DNA of 64,000 nucleotides from Acidobacteriota bacterium (GTDB lineage: Bacteria > Acidobacteriota > Vicinamibacteria > Vicinamibacterales > UBA2999). Below, piece by piece: positions 62,689-64,000 of the stretch. The stretch is from assembly GCA_021730945.1 (NCBI GenBank), contig JAKFYH010000005.1, positions 73,014 to 137,013 of the forward strand, in the 5' to 3' direction. The notes below the pieces were generated by a model. It saw only the letters and a list, made by a program, of their open reading frames with translations. It was not told where the DNA came from and did no database searches. Positions within the stretch are counted from its first letter, which is position 1; every line of letters begins with the position of its first letter. A program made the position numbers and the translations under genes.

Positions 62689-64000
62689 GCCGGCACTGGT
62701 TACGGCTCGTGCTCAGGACGACGGCGATCGCAATTGCGATGGCGGGTGTGATCGATCCCGTCATGACGGTGTCGCGCCAGGCTCCGCGCCGGGTTGTGCT
62801 GGCGCGACTGGCATCAGCCGACACCGCGGCCGTCGAATCGGCGGTCCGCGCCGGGCTCCCCGGAGTCGACGTGAGTATCCGAAGCCGAGTCGATGGCCGC
62901 CTGCCCTGCGACCCAGGCGTCCCCTGCATCGTCCTGGCCGATGGTTCGATCGAGGCCGAGATTCCGAGCGACGTGACCGGGCCGCTCTCGGTGATCGAGT
63001 TGGCAACTCCAGCCGGGCCCAATGTCGAGATCCGGTCGGTGACGGCCACCTCGGTCCAGCGCGCCGCCGGCGCCGGATTGGTTCGCGTGACCATGACAGG
63101 GGAGGGCATGCAAGGCCGTCGCACCGAGGTGCGGGTACTCGACGGCGGCGCCCTGGTCGGCTCGGCCAGCCACGAATGGAGCGCCGGCAGCGAGGCCGTC
63201 GTCGACGTGCCGTGGTGGGCGCTGGCGGCCGGGTCGCGCGCGCTGCGGGTGGAGGCCGTGCCTTTCGACGGAGAGGCGACCCTCATCGACAACGCCGTCG
63301 ACGTCGGCGTGTCGATTGCGCTCGATGCCGTGCCGGTGCTGGTGTTCGACACGCGGCCGTCGTGGGCGAGTACGTTCGTTCGCCGGGTACTCGAGGATGA
63401 TCAGCGATTCCGAGTGGAGTACCGCGTGGGCCTGGCTCCGGGTATGGACGCGGCCACGCCCGCCGGCCGGCTCGACCCTCGGTCGCTTGATGCCGCCGGA
63501 GTCGTGGTGGTTGGCGGCCCCGAGGGGTTGAGTGCCCGGGACGTGGACCTGCTCGAGCGTTTCGTGCGGACCAGGGGTGGGACGCTGATCCTGCTGCCGG
63601 ATCGGATGCCGGCCGGGCCGGTGACACGACTGTTGGGCCGAGGTTGGAGCGAGCATCTCGAAGCGTCGCCCGCCGCCGTTGGTTCATTGCGCGCCTCGGA
63701 GACCTTGCGCCTGGCCGAGGCCGGGCCGGGCGACGTGACCCTTGGCGGCGTGAACGGCCGGCCGGTGATGGTGTTGTCGCCTCGTGGCAACGGCCGCCTC
63801 GTGGTCTCTGGTGCCATGGACGCGTGGCGGTATCGCGACGCCGATGCCGGCGCCTTTGATGGCTTCTGGCGATCGGTGGTGCTCGAAGCGGGCGTCCTCA
63901 GCGCATCGCTGCGGTTGGAGTTTGCGCAGCCCATTGCCGCGGTCGCGCGGCCCATGCCCTTTGTGGTGAGGTCTCAGCGCATGGATCCGGCGGCGGCCGA
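62685..64000 (+). CDS. Membrane-anchored hypothetical protein, 3'-truncated by the window end; not in the supplied ORF track
   Basis: I translated manually from ATG 62685 (MSRHWLRLVLRTTAIAIAMAGVIDPV...). The frame has no stop through 64000 (438 codons) and shows the high GC3 of real genes. The listed ORFs in this interval are Arg/Pro/Gly-rich shadows. Confidence 0.65.
   Translation, partial: MSRHWLRLVLRTTAIAIAMAGVIDPVMTVSRQAPRRVVLARLASADTAAVESAVRAGLPGVDVSIRSRVDGRLPCDPGVPCIVLADGSIEAEIPSDVTGPLSVIELATPAGPNVEIRSVTATSVQRAAGAGLVRVTMTGEGMQGRRTEVRVLDGGALVGSASHEWSAGSEAVVDVPWWALAAGSRALRVEAVPFDGEATLIDNAVDVGVSIALDAVPVLVFDTRPSWASTFVRRVLEDDQRFRVEYRVGLAPGMDAATPAGRLDPRSLDAAGVVVVGGPEGLSARDVDLLERFVRTRGGTLILLPDRMPAGPVTRLLGRGWSEHLEASPAAVGSLRASETLRLAEAGPGDVTLGGVNGRPVMVLSPRGNGRLVVSGAMDAWRYRDADAGAFDGFWRSVVLEAGVLSASLRLEFAQPIAAVARPMPFVVRSQRMDPAAA

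Noticed and set aside
62570-63656. Three listed ORFs (62651-63400 +, 62570-63352 -, 62814-63656 -)
   Set aside because: All overlap the unlisted open frame starting at ATG 62685. That frame has the ATGA coupling, a TM anchor and high GC3. The listed ones are Arg/Pro/Gly-rich shadows.

Overview
GC-rich bacterial chromosomal segment (about two-thirds G+C by eye, not computed). I call about 55 protein genes, 2 tRNAs and several regulatory sites and repeats. The high GC produces many long antisense shadow ORFs in the six-frame track; I ignored them where a conserved protein sits on the other strand. Gene content suggests an Acidobacteriota-like organism (inference only): an ADOP-type duplicated orphan permease, BshC, STK-TPR and PEGA proteins, a BlaR1-TonB fusion and a MoxR-DUF58-BatA operon. 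Most of the window is housekeeping: rsmE, hrcA-grpE-dnaJ-prmA with a CIRCE operator, PBP1A, bshC, carAB, comEC, mazG, ribF, cysS, a class-III aminotransferase, galT-like, tRNA-Gly and tRNA-Cys. Accessory or unusual parts follow. (1) A seven-gene minus-strand block (1260-7721) holds a divergent sigma-like protein, a GerE-type mini HTH, an ECF sigma and a TPR Ser/Thr kinase. It ends in a 102-aa small protein translationally coupled to a YcaO-less SagB-type dehydrogenase and a Cys-rich protein with Cys-His-Asp spacing. This is my best candidate for an undescribed peptide-modification or signalling module. (2) hipBA sits next to tRNA-Cys with a twin-operator promoter. (3) A family of 7-8 nt tandem arrays lies in intergenic regions, and two of them have strong G-quadruplex potential. 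(4) A RapA-like SNF2 gene has no canonical start codon. (5) An N-lobe-less pseudokinase with PEGA domains is translationally coupled to carA. (6) A lower-GC nucleotidyltransferase gene appears to carry a 1-nt frameshift. (7) A long ORF at 62685 to the window end is missing from the supplied track. No CRISPR array, rRNA, transposase or integrase was seen. All family assignments come from motif recognition by eye, with no database search.
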